A DNA stretch of 28,845 nt from a virus (Duplodnaviria; Caudoviricetes). Under the pieces are notes generated by a model. It had not been told where the DNA came from. It made no database searches and was given only the letters and a program-made list of their open reading frames with translations. The DNA lies in the IMG/VR virus record IMGVR_UViG_3300022895_000023, positions 1 to 28,845 of that record; one strand, written 5' to 3'. The position numbers were made by a program, and so were the translations under genes. The number at the start of each line of letters is the position of its first letter. The first letter of the stretch is position 1. Shown one piece after another: positions 17,956 to 26,178 of this stretch.

Positions 17956-18156
17956 ACTATTATACGCCCCAATATAATAAAAAATACAACCTTATCAACG
18001 CAAATTCAGACAAAATTTGAAATAAATCACGTGCAAAGCTGTTATATTAAGTTCAGTTTAATACATACAATAAAAAATATCAACCACTTTTTGCATATAT
18101 TAGCGTTTTAAGCCTTCTTTTGTCATTCTTATCATTTTATATGCCAATGATTAAAG

Positions 18157-18196
18157 TTAAAACGGCTGCAAAGTATGTATTATACTCAACAGCCGT
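18157..18196 (-). terminator. Hairpin with a short U-tract in the late leader
   Basis: ACGGCTG...CAGCCGT outer stem with inner AGTAT/ATACT, followed by TTTAACTTT. Confidence 0.45.
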
Positions 18197-18246
18197 AAGG
18201 GGATGTTTTCCAATGGATTTATCTGTTTACAGACTTTCCAGTTTAA

Positions 18247-18288
18247 ATATTACCATAGAAAAAGCGTCAAAACCGTCAAAATCAAAAA
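18247..18288 (-). promoter_or_regulatory. Putative late promoter with activator-binding repeats
   Basis: TTTTGACG direct repeats at 9-bp spacing (18265-18281) at the 3' end of the activator gene, then extended -10 TGGTAATAT. Confidence 0.55.
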
Positions 18289-18773
18289 TTTTCCAAATAA
18301 TATTCATGTTTACGTCGGCAGCTATCGTCTGTGTAACATCTCATCTTCCCCTTGTAGATCTGATCCTTATACAAATCATTCATTCTATGAGCCACCTGCA
18401 CCCAGTTTAAACCTTCCACGTAGTACAGGGTCATGATGTTCCTGATCTCCACTTTATCAACCCCAGCTATGTACTCCTCCACCTGACTGATTAGTTCCAG
18501 AAGCTCCTGTTCCTCGTCCATCAGGATGGCATGGCTTCTTTCGTAGGCCCTCGCGGTTTTCTGGGATTCAGGAAATGGATACCCGACAATCACCGCCGTC
18601 CCTAGGGGCTTCTTGCCTCTCTTCCCCCTGGTCACTGTATCCGCCACCATATAGCCCTGTTCCTTAAGCCTATCCAGGTGATCCTGCTTCTTCTGCAGCT
18701 GCTCCCGAAGAAGTTTCACCCTCGCCAGTGCATCGGAATACTCAATCAAAATTTCTTTATCTATCCCTGTCAC
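18282..18773 (-). CDS. Late transcriptional activator (RinA/ArpU-like, sigma region-4-like HTH)
   Basis: IRNIMTLYYVEGLNWVQVAHRM HTH; last gene before the packaging module. Confidence 0.75.
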   Translation of the reverse strand: MTGIDKEILIEYSDALARVKLLREQLQKKQDHLDRLKEQGYMVADTVTRGKRGKKPLGTAVIVGYPFPESQKTARAYERSHAILMDEEQELLELISQVEEYIAGVDKVEIRNIMTLYYVEGLNWVQVAHRMNDLYKDQIYKGKMRCYTDDSCRRKHEYYLENF

Positions 18774-19231
18774 CTCCCTGCTGTCAATGCTTTCTTCCTT
18801 GCTCTGGCCTTTTTCTGCCTCAAAAGCTCTATGTATGTCATGGTCACTAACCGTTTAGGATCTTTCAGACTGACCAACTCCACGATATGAGGATATTTCC
18901 TCACTACAATAACCTTTTCAGATGCAATCCGTGTTCCCCTGACAAAGTCCTTGCGGAAACTCTCGTAGACAAATTTGGTCCCGACCTTCAATGACCGCTT
19001 AAATTCTGCCAGATCTAGTGCCGTAATTACCGCATTCACCTGCCGTTTATCCCCTACATCGTCCTCCTGTACCGCCTTGAACGTATACCGGCCTTTGTAG
19101 GCTCGTCCTTCACGGGCATAATCTCTTACAAGGTGTACAGATACATGTAGCATTTCCGCCCATTCCCTGGAGGTGCATTCCCCTTGAATCTCCCCGTTGT
19201 CATACATTGCATAAAGATATTTCAACTTCAT
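18770..19231 (-). CDS. Hypothetical phage protein with an N-terminal HTH-like segment
   Basis: 153 aa, AAAGGAG RBS, TSREWAEMLHVSVHLVRDY. Confidence 0.7.
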   Translation of the reverse strand: MKLKYLYAMYDNGEIQGECTSREWAEMLHVSVHLVRDYAREGRAYKGRYTFKAVQEDDVGDKRQVNAVITALDLAEFKRSLKVGTKFVYESFRKDFVRGTRIASEKVIVVRKYPHIVELVSLKDPKRLVTMTYIELLRQKKARARKKALTAGR

Positions 19232-19424
19232 GATCTGACTCCTTTCTATGCTCTGGCGGCTCCCGGCGTGCCGGATCCGGGCATAAGCTTGTATATGTAT
19301 AAGCCGGATGTGTTGCAGAGAAGGCCATGGCAGGCTGCGCCTTTACTGCTATAGCAGCCTCTGCCGTGGTTATACTCTGCGCTTGCACATACTGATCCCG
19401 GCGCTCTTTTGGTGATTTTCTCAA
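19200..19424 (-). CDS. Hypothetical phage protein (about 74 aa)
   Basis: Likely TTG start at 19424 after an AGGAGG RBS. Confidence 0.55.
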   Translation of the reverse strand: MRKSPKERRDQYVQAQSITTAEAAIAVKAQPAMAFSATHPAYTYTSLCPDPARREPPEHRKESDHEVEISLCNV

Positions 19425-19446
19425 TCTTTCCCTCCTTTTTCGCAAT

Positions 19447-19480
19447 AAAAAACCAACCATCGAATATTGATAGTTGGTTT
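19447..19480 (-). terminator. Intrinsic terminator of the NDT/TIR-like accessory gene
   Basis: AAACCAACTATCAA-TA-TTCGATGGTTGGTTT followed by TTT, 5 nt after the stop codon. Confidence 0.75.
19459..19477. repeat. Left copy of the 18/19-bp inverted repeat flanking the accessory gene
   Basis: ATCGAATATTGATAGTTGG; reverse complement of 20546-20563 apart from one extra T. Confidence 0.85.
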
Positions 19481-19485
19481 AAACT

Positions 19486-20517
19486 CTACTCTATTGTGGC
19501 TATTATTCTATTTTTTAATTTTAACGGAATATCTTCCTCATCTTTCCACATAATGGTGTTTTTTTGTGCTATGTCAAAATGTAAATCCACGCCTTTTTTG
19601 CATAGCTGTATTATTGGCTTTCCCAGCCCCATTGCATAACCTTCTTCAAAATATGCACCATTATTCTGATGTGATAAATCGACTACAAGGAACTTACTAT
19701 CTCTTATGTACTTTAATAACTCTGGCGTAATAAAATCATTATGTTCAACTTCGTCGATAAATATAGGGGTATGCTCTGAATCGGTTATTCCTTTTCTAAT
19801 AGACTCTCTAAGTTTTCTTGTTTCTTCTCCGAATTGCATTGCCACAAGTACACTTTTCCCATGTGTATTATGCTTTTCTAGTCTGTCTATTCTTGAGTAT
19901 GCTTCAGTTGTAAGTTGCATTGGTCTTCCATAAAAGCCGCCAGTCCAAGAAGTTAAAGGCTCAATTAGATTACTTTCAGTAAGATATTTATACATGTACA
20001 ATACTTGTTCCTTTAGTTCTTCAGTATATCTAGTACAATTACCAGACGAATCATATTTGTGCCTATCCAAAAAGAAGCAACCTAATATAATTTCTTTATT
20101 TAATATAATTGTTTCTCCAATATAACTTGACTTGTTATTCAAAAAAGAAACAATTAAATCGGTTTTATCTGTTAATCTTTTAGGGTACCAATTTTCAACA
20201 TTCTCCACTGAAAGATGTACAGGATGTCCTTTTTCCGTATTACCTTTATTGAATTCGGCTCTATACTCATCACACTTGTCTTTACTCATTGTTGTAAAAT
20301 ATCTATATTCAGTGTAATCCATACCACCATTTTTAAAACCATTATAGGTAAAATAAGATGCTAGATGATTCAAATTGAATCTAGTTAAACCCTCCTCCAT
20401 AGTATACTCAAATCTACCACAAACTGGACATTGAACAAATGTTCTGAACGGATCTCTGTTTGTAGTCCCATAAGCACTTGAGTCACAAACTGGACATATT
20501 ATTGATTCACTGCTCAT
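19486..20517 (-). CDS. Zinc-ribbon plus nucleoside 2-deoxyribosyltransferase/TIR-like protein (343 aa), candidate defence effector
   Basis: CPVC...CPVCG at the N-terminus. C-terminal VLVAMQF...IRDSKFLVVDLSHQNNGAYFEEGYAMGLGKPII...LHFDI. AT-rich. Confidence 0.75.
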   Translation of the reverse strand: MSSESIICPVCDSSAYGTTNRDPFRTFVQCPVCGRFEYTMEEGLTRFNLNHLASYFTYNGFKNGGMDYTEYRYFTTMSKDKCDEYRAEFNKGNTEKGHPVHLSVENVENWYPKRLTDKTDLIVSFLNNKSSYIGETIILNKEIILGCFFLDRHKYDSSGNCTRYTEELKEQVLYMYKYLTESNLIEPLTSWTGGFYGRPMQLTTEAYSRIDRLEKHNTHGKSVLVAMQFGEETRKLRESIRKGITDSEHTPIFIDEVEHNDFITPELLKYIRDSKFLVVDLSHQNNGAYFEEGYAMGLGKPIIQLCKKGVDLHFDIAQKNTIMWKDEEDIPLKLKNRIIATIE

Positions 20518-20540
20518 TTTCCCCTCCGTTTTTTCTTTTA

Positions 20541-20569
20541 ATTATCCAACTATCATATTCGATTGTCAA
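20541..20569 (-). promoter_or_regulatory. Sigma-A promoter of the accessory gene; its spacer is the right inverted-repeat copy (20546-20563)
   Basis: TTGACA-17 nt-GATAAT, followed by a GGAGG RBS. Confidence 0.75.
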
Positions 20570-20595
20570 TGTACTATTTACTTGTCTTTCTAATT

Positions 20596-20784
20596 TCAGT
20601 TTAAGTGCTTTGCACATTCAGGACAAATCCAAGTATCTTTATTCATCTGGACAAATCCGTAACTTTTAGCGATGCTTTTTATACTCTCTTTATTTCGCTC
20701 GGTTAATTCTCCAGCATAATCTTCTACTGGTGATTTACATTTGTTACACTCGATGGTGTAATACACAATCCTGCGTAAACCCAC
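20596..20784 (-). CDS. Small zinc-finger protein (62 aa)
   Basis: CNKC...CPEC. Likely GTG start at 20784 after AAGGGAG. Confidence 0.65.
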   Translation of the reverse strand: MGLRRIVYYTIECNKCKSPVEDYAGELTERNKESIKSIAKSYGFVQMNKDTWICPECAKHLN

Positions 20785-20824
20785 TGCTTTTCTCCCTTCT
20801 CCCGGTACTCCGGGAAATGCTAAT

Positions 20825-21973
20825 TTACACGATATACCAATCTTCATTTCTCACCTGGTAAGCATCACCCAAATGTATCATTTCTGGATAATTCTCACGG
20901 GCCGTCTGTATGGCGTACTTATCTATTTCCGTTGCATAATATTTGCCAACTCTCGCCCCCAGTTTATCCAAGGCTATATGTCCGCAGCTCATGCCGTCAT
21001 ACATTGACATTACGCTTACCTCTTCCGTTGTGATTCCCGGAACAAAGGAAAGAATATGGGCTATTACATCAACTGTCCAACCATTCCCCAGCATTTTATA
21101 AGCCTGTGTGTTGCTGACCGGGAAGATATACGAATCTGGAACGGTCTGCAATCTCATGCACTCTTTTACAGTCAATTTACGGATTATGTAATATCCATCG
21201 GGTAACTTTATCGGATACTGCTCACCTTTAATGGTTATTTGTCCATTTACCACCTCATAAACTGGATAATCCTTTCCACTGCATGGTATTGCAATGCTTT
21301 CCATGCAACCGCTTGCCCTTATTGCTACGGCTTTTGCATTTATATCGTATATCCTTTGTCCTTGGCCTCCTGTCTTACCAAATTCCGCTATTCTGTGAGG
21401 TATTGCATATAATCCAGTCTTTGCACCTACTCCTCCACCATTTCCGCAAAGAGTGACCGACTTACCATCTGGTGAATATACTCTATACTGCTGGCTATCA
21501 AAATCAGTATTCTGTGCTTCACTTTCGATCGTTCCAATGCGCACTGGTTCTGCCGCCATGTGCCTGGAATATGAATGCTGACTTTTTGGGTTGTAAGTGC
21601 CGGCAGTTTTATAATAATTTGCATCTAATGTATAACTTTTTTCCTTCCATGCCATTCCGGTTTCCAGAATATCTTTCAACAAAATCCCTTTATCTTCTGG
21701 CTGTGTCACGCCCGGAATATTAGTCCAGTACAGCCTATTACGGTTTTACGCTGATACTAAGGAGGAATTAATTAATATCGGTTCAACACCCAACTCCTTT
21801 GTGATCTGATCCCTGATTGCTGGTGACATGGATTTATTATTCTCGTAAAGGAAATAATCTGGCTGGTACTTTTCCAGCCCTATAATGTAATTCTCAAATA
21901 ACTCCCACCCTAATCCCGATGGCTCTGTTTCTCTGTTCTTGGTCTGTGCTATCGCTTTCTCGCTGCGCAGCAA
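20825..21973 (-). pseudogene. Circularly permuted C5-cytosine DNA methyltransferase, inactivated
   Basis: One frame interrupted by TAA at 21746-21748 (LVSA*NRNRLYW). Motifs VI, VIII, IX and X precede motifs I-III. No PC catalytic motif IV. Confidence 0.85.
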
Positions 21974-22058
21974 ACCTCTTACTCCTTTCCTGTTATTCAG
22001 TTAAATATGGGTCTTACGTAGCAGGCATCAGCACCGGCGCACTCGCTTCCCGGCCTGC

Positions 22059-22859
22059 CTATAACTCCAACCTCATCTGCTCCGCCGGTTCAAAGTTCAG
22101 CCACAACGTTTCCACTCGTCTAAGATTATTCTGCGCCCTGGCCGGCATCTGCAGTTTATGCCAGTCCTTCAGATACCGCTCATACAACTCACAATCATAT
22201 CCGGAAAGCATAACCTTAGCCCGGCTGCGGATTACCTTCTCCAGCAGCTCCTCATGATCCTGATCAGACATTTCATGCCGATACTGTTTCCGGCCCCGTG
22301 TGGATAATACATAAGGCGGATCCAGGTAGATCAGGACATTCTCATGGTCAAAGGCTCTGATCAGCTCCAATGCCGGTCTGTTTTCAATTTGAACACCTTT
22401 CAGTCTGGTTGCCATTTCTCCCAATGATTCCGGCAACTGATTCCAGTACTGTACCGCATAGTCCGCTTCCCTGCCTTGTACGTCTTTCTTCCAACCGCAA
22501 TCCCCATTCAGTCTAAATCCGTGGCTCTGCATGGATCTTACTGCAAAGTATCCTGCCTGCTCCACTGGGGACTGGGGCCCTTTCTGAAAGGTTTCCTCAT
22601 AGACTTGTCTGGAATACGGCGTATATGTAAGCCAGCGCTGCAACTCCTGACAGCTTTCCGGATCATGGATCACCCGGAAGAAATTAACCACATCACCGTC
22701 AAGATCATTCACTGTCTCAATCTTGGAAGGGGGCTTCTCGAAAAGGACAGCCCCTCCCCCAAAGTACGGATCTAAATAGCTGTGATGCTCGGGCATATTT
22801 CCGATTATCCAGGAAGCGATCCGTTTCTTGCCTCCGGGATAATGTAATAATGACTTCAT
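22059..22859 (-). CDS. DNA adenine methyltransferase (Dam/D12-class)
   Basis: YPGGK, DPYFGGGAV, VNDLD and YLDPPY motifs. Confidence 0.93.
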   Translation of the reverse strand: MKSLLHYPGGKKRIASWIIGNMPEHHSYLDPYFGGGAVLFEKPPSKIETVNDLDGDVVNFFRVIHDPESCQELQRWLTYTPYSRQVYEETFQKGPQSPVEQAGYFAVRSMQSHGFRLNGDCGWKKDVQGREADYAVQYWNQLPESLGEMATRLKGVQIENRPALELIRAFDHENVLIYLDPPYVLSTRGRKQYRHEMSDQDHEELLEKVIRSRAKVMLSGYDCELYERYLKDWHKLQMPARAQNNLRRVETLWLNFEPAEQMRLEL

Positions 22860-22863
22860 TAGC

Positions 22864-23028
22864 TCACCCTTTTCTGCTCAAAATCTTCTCGGCCAAACGC
22901 TGCCACCATGCTCTCTTTCTCCACATGAAGCATCTATGTGAGTGATAAAGCTGGTACACTCCGGTGCTGCACGGGTATCTTAAGCTACCCCGGTTTTTAT
23001 ATCTACAATTTCCACAAACTTCTTTCAT
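22864..23028 (-). CDS. Small Cys/His-rich basic protein (54 aa)
   Basis: Hand translation MKEVCGNCRYKNRGSLRYPCSTGVYQLYHSHRCFMWRKRAWWQRLAEKILSRKG; AAAGGAG RBS; fills the gap exactly. Confidence 0.7.
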   Translation of the reverse strand: MKEVCGNCRYKNRGSLRYPCSTGVYQLYHSHRCFMWRKRAWWQRLAEKILSRKG

Positions 23029-23038
23029 TGCTCTCCTT

Positions 23039-23254
23039 TCAAGCGTTTACTCTTTGTCTCATTCTCTGGTCAATCTCTGCCATCATTTCCGCTACCAGCT
23101 GCTCCATGAAGGGATATTTCTTCATCAGGACTACCGCCCAGGTATGGCACCTTTCCCACTCGTCAGACTGTTTCGGAATAGGCTTATTATGATAATTGAG
23201 CCAGAACTTGTTATACACCTCATCAAAGGCTTTCTGTACTTCCTGATCCGTCAT
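23039..23254 (-). CDS. Hypothetical phage protein (71 aa)
   Basis: ATGA overlap with the rusA stop codon. Confidence 0.7.
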   Translation of the reverse strand: MTDQEVQKAFDEVYNKFWLNYHNKPIPKQSDEWERCHTWAVVLMKKYPFMEQLVAEMMAEIDQRMRQRVNA

Positions 23255-23649
23255 AGGCTTTCCACCTTCACATAAATGCCAGGGAGATCCGCCCAGTACT
23301 TTTCAATCACTTCCGACGCCACCTGTGCATCATCTTTCCAGAAGTGTAGCTCTGTCATAACGTCCTTAAGAAGCTTTACCAGATTGTCTGTGTCAGGCTT
23401 GCTGGTTTTATACTCCCCGTTCTTATGTTTGCCAGTAACAGGGAAGCACCACCACGTTGTTAGCCTCACAGGTCCAGTGAACCTTTTTTCCGGGACATGC
23501 TGCCCCAGGTGTGCCTGTAGTTTCGCCCTGGCTGCTTTCAGTTCTTCTGGCTCATAAAAGACCGGCTTCCCATTTACCACATGAACTTGCTTTTCCTGGT
23601 GGGTCACAGTGGGGACCTTTTTCATGACCATGAAAAAATCAATCACCAT
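23251..23649 (-). CDS. rusA: RusA-family Holliday junction resolvase
   Basis: KPDTDNLVKLLKD and WKDDAQV catalytic motifs. Confidence 0.88.
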   Translation of the reverse strand: MVIDFFMVMKKVPTVTHQEKQVHVVNGKPVFYEPEELKAARAKLQAHLGQHVPEKRFTGPVRLTTWWCFPVTGKHKNGEYKTSKPDTDNLVKLLKDVMTELHFWKDDAQVASEVIEKYWADLPGIYVKVESL

Positions 23650-23708
23650 TAACTTTACCTCTCTAAATCTTTAACGTTTAAATTACTCTTGCTTTTGAAA
23701 TTCGCCCT

Positions 23709-23944
23709 GTCATGGGAAGGGGAAGGGAGGGGACGGGTGTCAACTTAGACCCGTCCTTTCCTACCCCATGACCACGTGCAACGGGGAAAAAATATATATT
23801 TATATATGTGTCTTCCCCGCACTCCGGGGATTCCTGATTTTAAGACTTCCCCGCACATTTAACCTTTTAACGGGGAAGTCTGTATTTAAGTATTCCCCGC
23901 AATTTATCTCCTGACGGGGATTCCTTATCATTCAGGCTTTCCCG
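23709..23944. repeat. Putative phage replication origin: alternating CGGGGA/TCCCCG repeats, AT-only tract and long hairpin
   Basis: Repeats at 23782, 23813, 23825, 23847, 23871, 23893, 23915 and a degenerate copy at 23938. AT tract about 23787-23807. Inverted repeat 23709-23772. Lies directly downstream of the primase gene. Confidence 0.75.
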
Positions 23945-26165
23945 TGCCTTGCTTTTCATCATTTTTCTGAATAAGACCATCTTCAATTATGTATCCACCA
24001 TGCTCTTTTACCCTGTCTCGGACCGTTCTCTCTGAAACTCCAAGATATTCCGCTACATCATTTACGGATGGTTTTTCTCCAAAATTGCTCCCCTCGATTG
24101 CTTCTTCGAGGGCTACTTTTCGATCTGTTTTTCGGCTTTTGGCGTTCTTTTTATTCTTTGCGCTTCCCCTTTGCCACGGCGCCTGCTCCGCCTCTGGCTG
24201 AATATCTCCCAGGACTCCAGAATGATCCAGCGTGTGAACCGGATAATTAAACCATAGATTCTGCGGATCGAACTTGGAAAACTCTCTTAGGGTCCCCTCG
24301 ATACGCCATGCGGTCATACCCTTTACCTTAGCCTTTGCTGCTTCGATATTACGCTCTAGGACCGCCATCTGCCACTTTTCCAACTTCTCTTTGCAGTACT
24401 CCAACATCTGATAGCTACTACATAAATCATCCTGAGAAAGGTCGTCCTCCCACTTGAAATGTGCATCAAGGTACTGCCTGCAGGCGTCACATATTGCCCG
24501 ATTCTCCTGTTGCTTCATCAGCTCTTCGGTTGTTTCTAGTTCAATAAGATCAATAAGCGCATCAGGATCCCTGGCGAATACACCAGACCCGCTGGCCCGG
24601 TCCATGGATTTCTTTCCGCCCTGGCTTCCCTTGCTGTGATGATGGCAGTAGATCACCGCCACTCCCAGCTCTGTACATACCTTGTCAAACTGATTGCAGA
24701 AATTAGACATCTGATCGGCGCTGTTTTCATCACCAGTGATAACCTTGTAGATCGGGTCAATGATAATAGCTATGTAATTCTTTTTCGCTGCTCTACGGAT
24801 CAGCATCGGAGCCAGCTTGTCCATGGGCCGGGACTTTCCTCTTAAGTTCCAGATATCAATATTTTTAAGGTTCTTAGGCTGCCACCCAAGCGCCTGATAT
24901 ACATCTTTAAAACGGTGGAGGCAGCTGGCCCGGTCAAGCTCCAGGTTTACATACATGATTTTCCCCTGCGTACAAGCCCAATTAAGCCACTGTTTTCCCT
25001 CAGCTATAGCAATACACATTTCAATCTGTAGAAACGATTTCCCTGCCTTGGAGGGGCCAGCAATCAGCATCTTATGCCCTTGCCGTAATAGGCCGTCAAT
25101 CAGGGTCGGTGCCAACTCCGGAAGGTTCTCCCATACATCGTCCAGGCTTTCCGGATCCGGAAGATCATCATTGATGGATTCGATCCATTCCTTCCACTCC
25201 GTCCAGCTCTCTTTACCAATATTAGTGTCAACGATAAACTGCTTCTGACCACCTCGCATGACGCCTGGCATTCTGGATAACCTGGAAGGATTCCGGTTCT
25301 GCTGATCAATAGCAAGTCCATTTTTCTTACAGATATCGTAGAGATAATCCACTCGCTTCCGGTACTCTGTGTAGTCTACGGCGTCAACCCTTACAATGGC
25401 GTGGAGACTCTTTCCTCCGCTGTGCACCAGACAGGCAACCGGTAATTCCAGTTCCCGGATAATGGCGTGCTGCTTTTCAATCTCCATGGAGTCCGATTCA
25501 ACCAGGGCATACTTAAAATCAGTTACATTCTCGTTTTTAGCCCCTTTTCCGTCCATGGGATTAAATCGGATCCACGCTCCACCTTCTGGATCATAGTCAC
25601 CAAGCACGCTGCCTATATCCCCATTGCACTGTGACAAGAGTTCAACAAGCTGACCTGCGGTTCTGTCACAAGTTCCACTGTCTGCTGGTACCCATTTGTT
25701 TTCTTCTTCCTTTTTCCAGCTCTTTACTACATAGCCGACATTTTCCCCTGCTTCGAAAAGGGCTTCCAGGTACTTAATGAGCTCCCTTGCCGGATCCCAT
25801 TGTTTCGGTTCTATAACTTCACGGCCCTCCACCCAATTCTTATCAACAACAACACCTTCAACGGAAATAGTGTCGTTCCAGTCAAGGGCAGTGCCGGGAT
25901 CATAGGGAGGTGTCCACCCCTGATCCCTGGCATACTGGACAATGGTTCCACCTGTAACCGGAGTACCGGCCCCGTGGAAGCCCCGCCATTTCTTCTCACA
26001 TTCCCCTGCGTGATAGCGCCGGTCATTCATGCTCCAACGGTCCCACACATCAACGGAATACCCTTCATGCTGCAGAGCCATGCCGACATTAATCCAGTCC
26101 TGATATGAAAGCTCTGAGGGGTCTATATGATTTAGGACCTCCATGAGGTCGTATGTACTATCCAT
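23928..26165 (-). CDS. Primase-helicase (PriCT-2-like N-terminus, primase core, AAA_25/RepA-like helicase, C-terminal HTH)
   Basis: YQDWINVGMAL, LVESD, HSGGKSLHA, GPSKAGKS, IIIDPIY, AEYLGVSERTV. Confidence 0.9.
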   Translation of the reverse strand: MDSTYDLMEVLNHIDPSELSYQDWINVGMALQHEGYSVDVWDRWSMNDRRYHAGECEKKWRGFHGAGTPVTGGTIVQYARDQGWTPPYDPGTALDWNDTISVEGVVVDKNWVEGREVIEPKQWDPARELIKYLEALFEAGENVGYVVKSWKKEEENKWVPADSGTCDRTAGQLVELLSQCNGDIGSVLGDYDPEGGAWIRFNPMDGKGAKNENVTDFKYALVESDSMEIEKQHAIIRELELPVACLVHSGGKSLHAIVRVDAVDYTEYRKRVDYLYDICKKNGLAIDQQNRNPSRLSRMPGVMRGGQKQFIVDTNIGKESWTEWKEWIESINDDLPDPESLDDVWENLPELAPTLIDGLLRQGHKMLIAGPSKAGKSFLQIEMCIAIAEGKQWLNWACTQGKIMYVNLELDRASCLHRFKDVYQALGWQPKNLKNIDIWNLRGKSRPMDKLAPMLIRRAAKKNYIAIIIDPIYKVITGDENSADQMSNFCNQFDKVCTELGVAVIYCHHHSKGSQGGKKSMDRASGSGVFARDPDALIDLIELETTEELMKQQENRAICDACRQYLDAHFKWEDDLSQDDLCSSYQMLEYCKEKLEKWQMAVLERNIEAAKAKVKGMTAWRIEGTLREFSKFDPQNLWFNYPVHTLDHSGVLGDIQPEAEQAPWQRGSAKNKKNAKSRKTDRKVALEEAIEGSNFGEKPSVNDVAEYLGVSERTVRDRVKEHGGYIIEDGLIQKNDEKQGTGKPE

Positions 26166-26178
26166 GTTTCAAGTCTCC

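Noticed and set aside
17959-17998. Dedicated promoter for the two-gene moron
   Set aside because: Candidates exist (TTGATA-16-TATATT; a TATAAT only 3 nt before the ATG), but the region is too AT-rich to call one with confidence.
21746-21748. Stop-codon reassignment or a two-subunit MTase explaining the internal TAA
   Set aside because: TAA terminates many normal genes here, the downstream part has no clear RBS, and the catalytic motif IV is missing anyway.
22059-22859. Restriction-modification system
   Set aside because: No adjacent endonuclease gene; orphan MTases are common in temperate phages.
22864-23028. Second Com/mom-like pair (Cys-rich ORF before a DNA-modifying gene)
   Set aside because: Cys spacing is not Com-like, and I see no repeats or RBS-occluding hairpin in the 4-nt gap before the MTase.
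23782-23944. CRISPR-like array
   Set aside because: Repeats are only 6-10 bp, alternate in orientation and have short spacers; no cas genes. An origin fits better.
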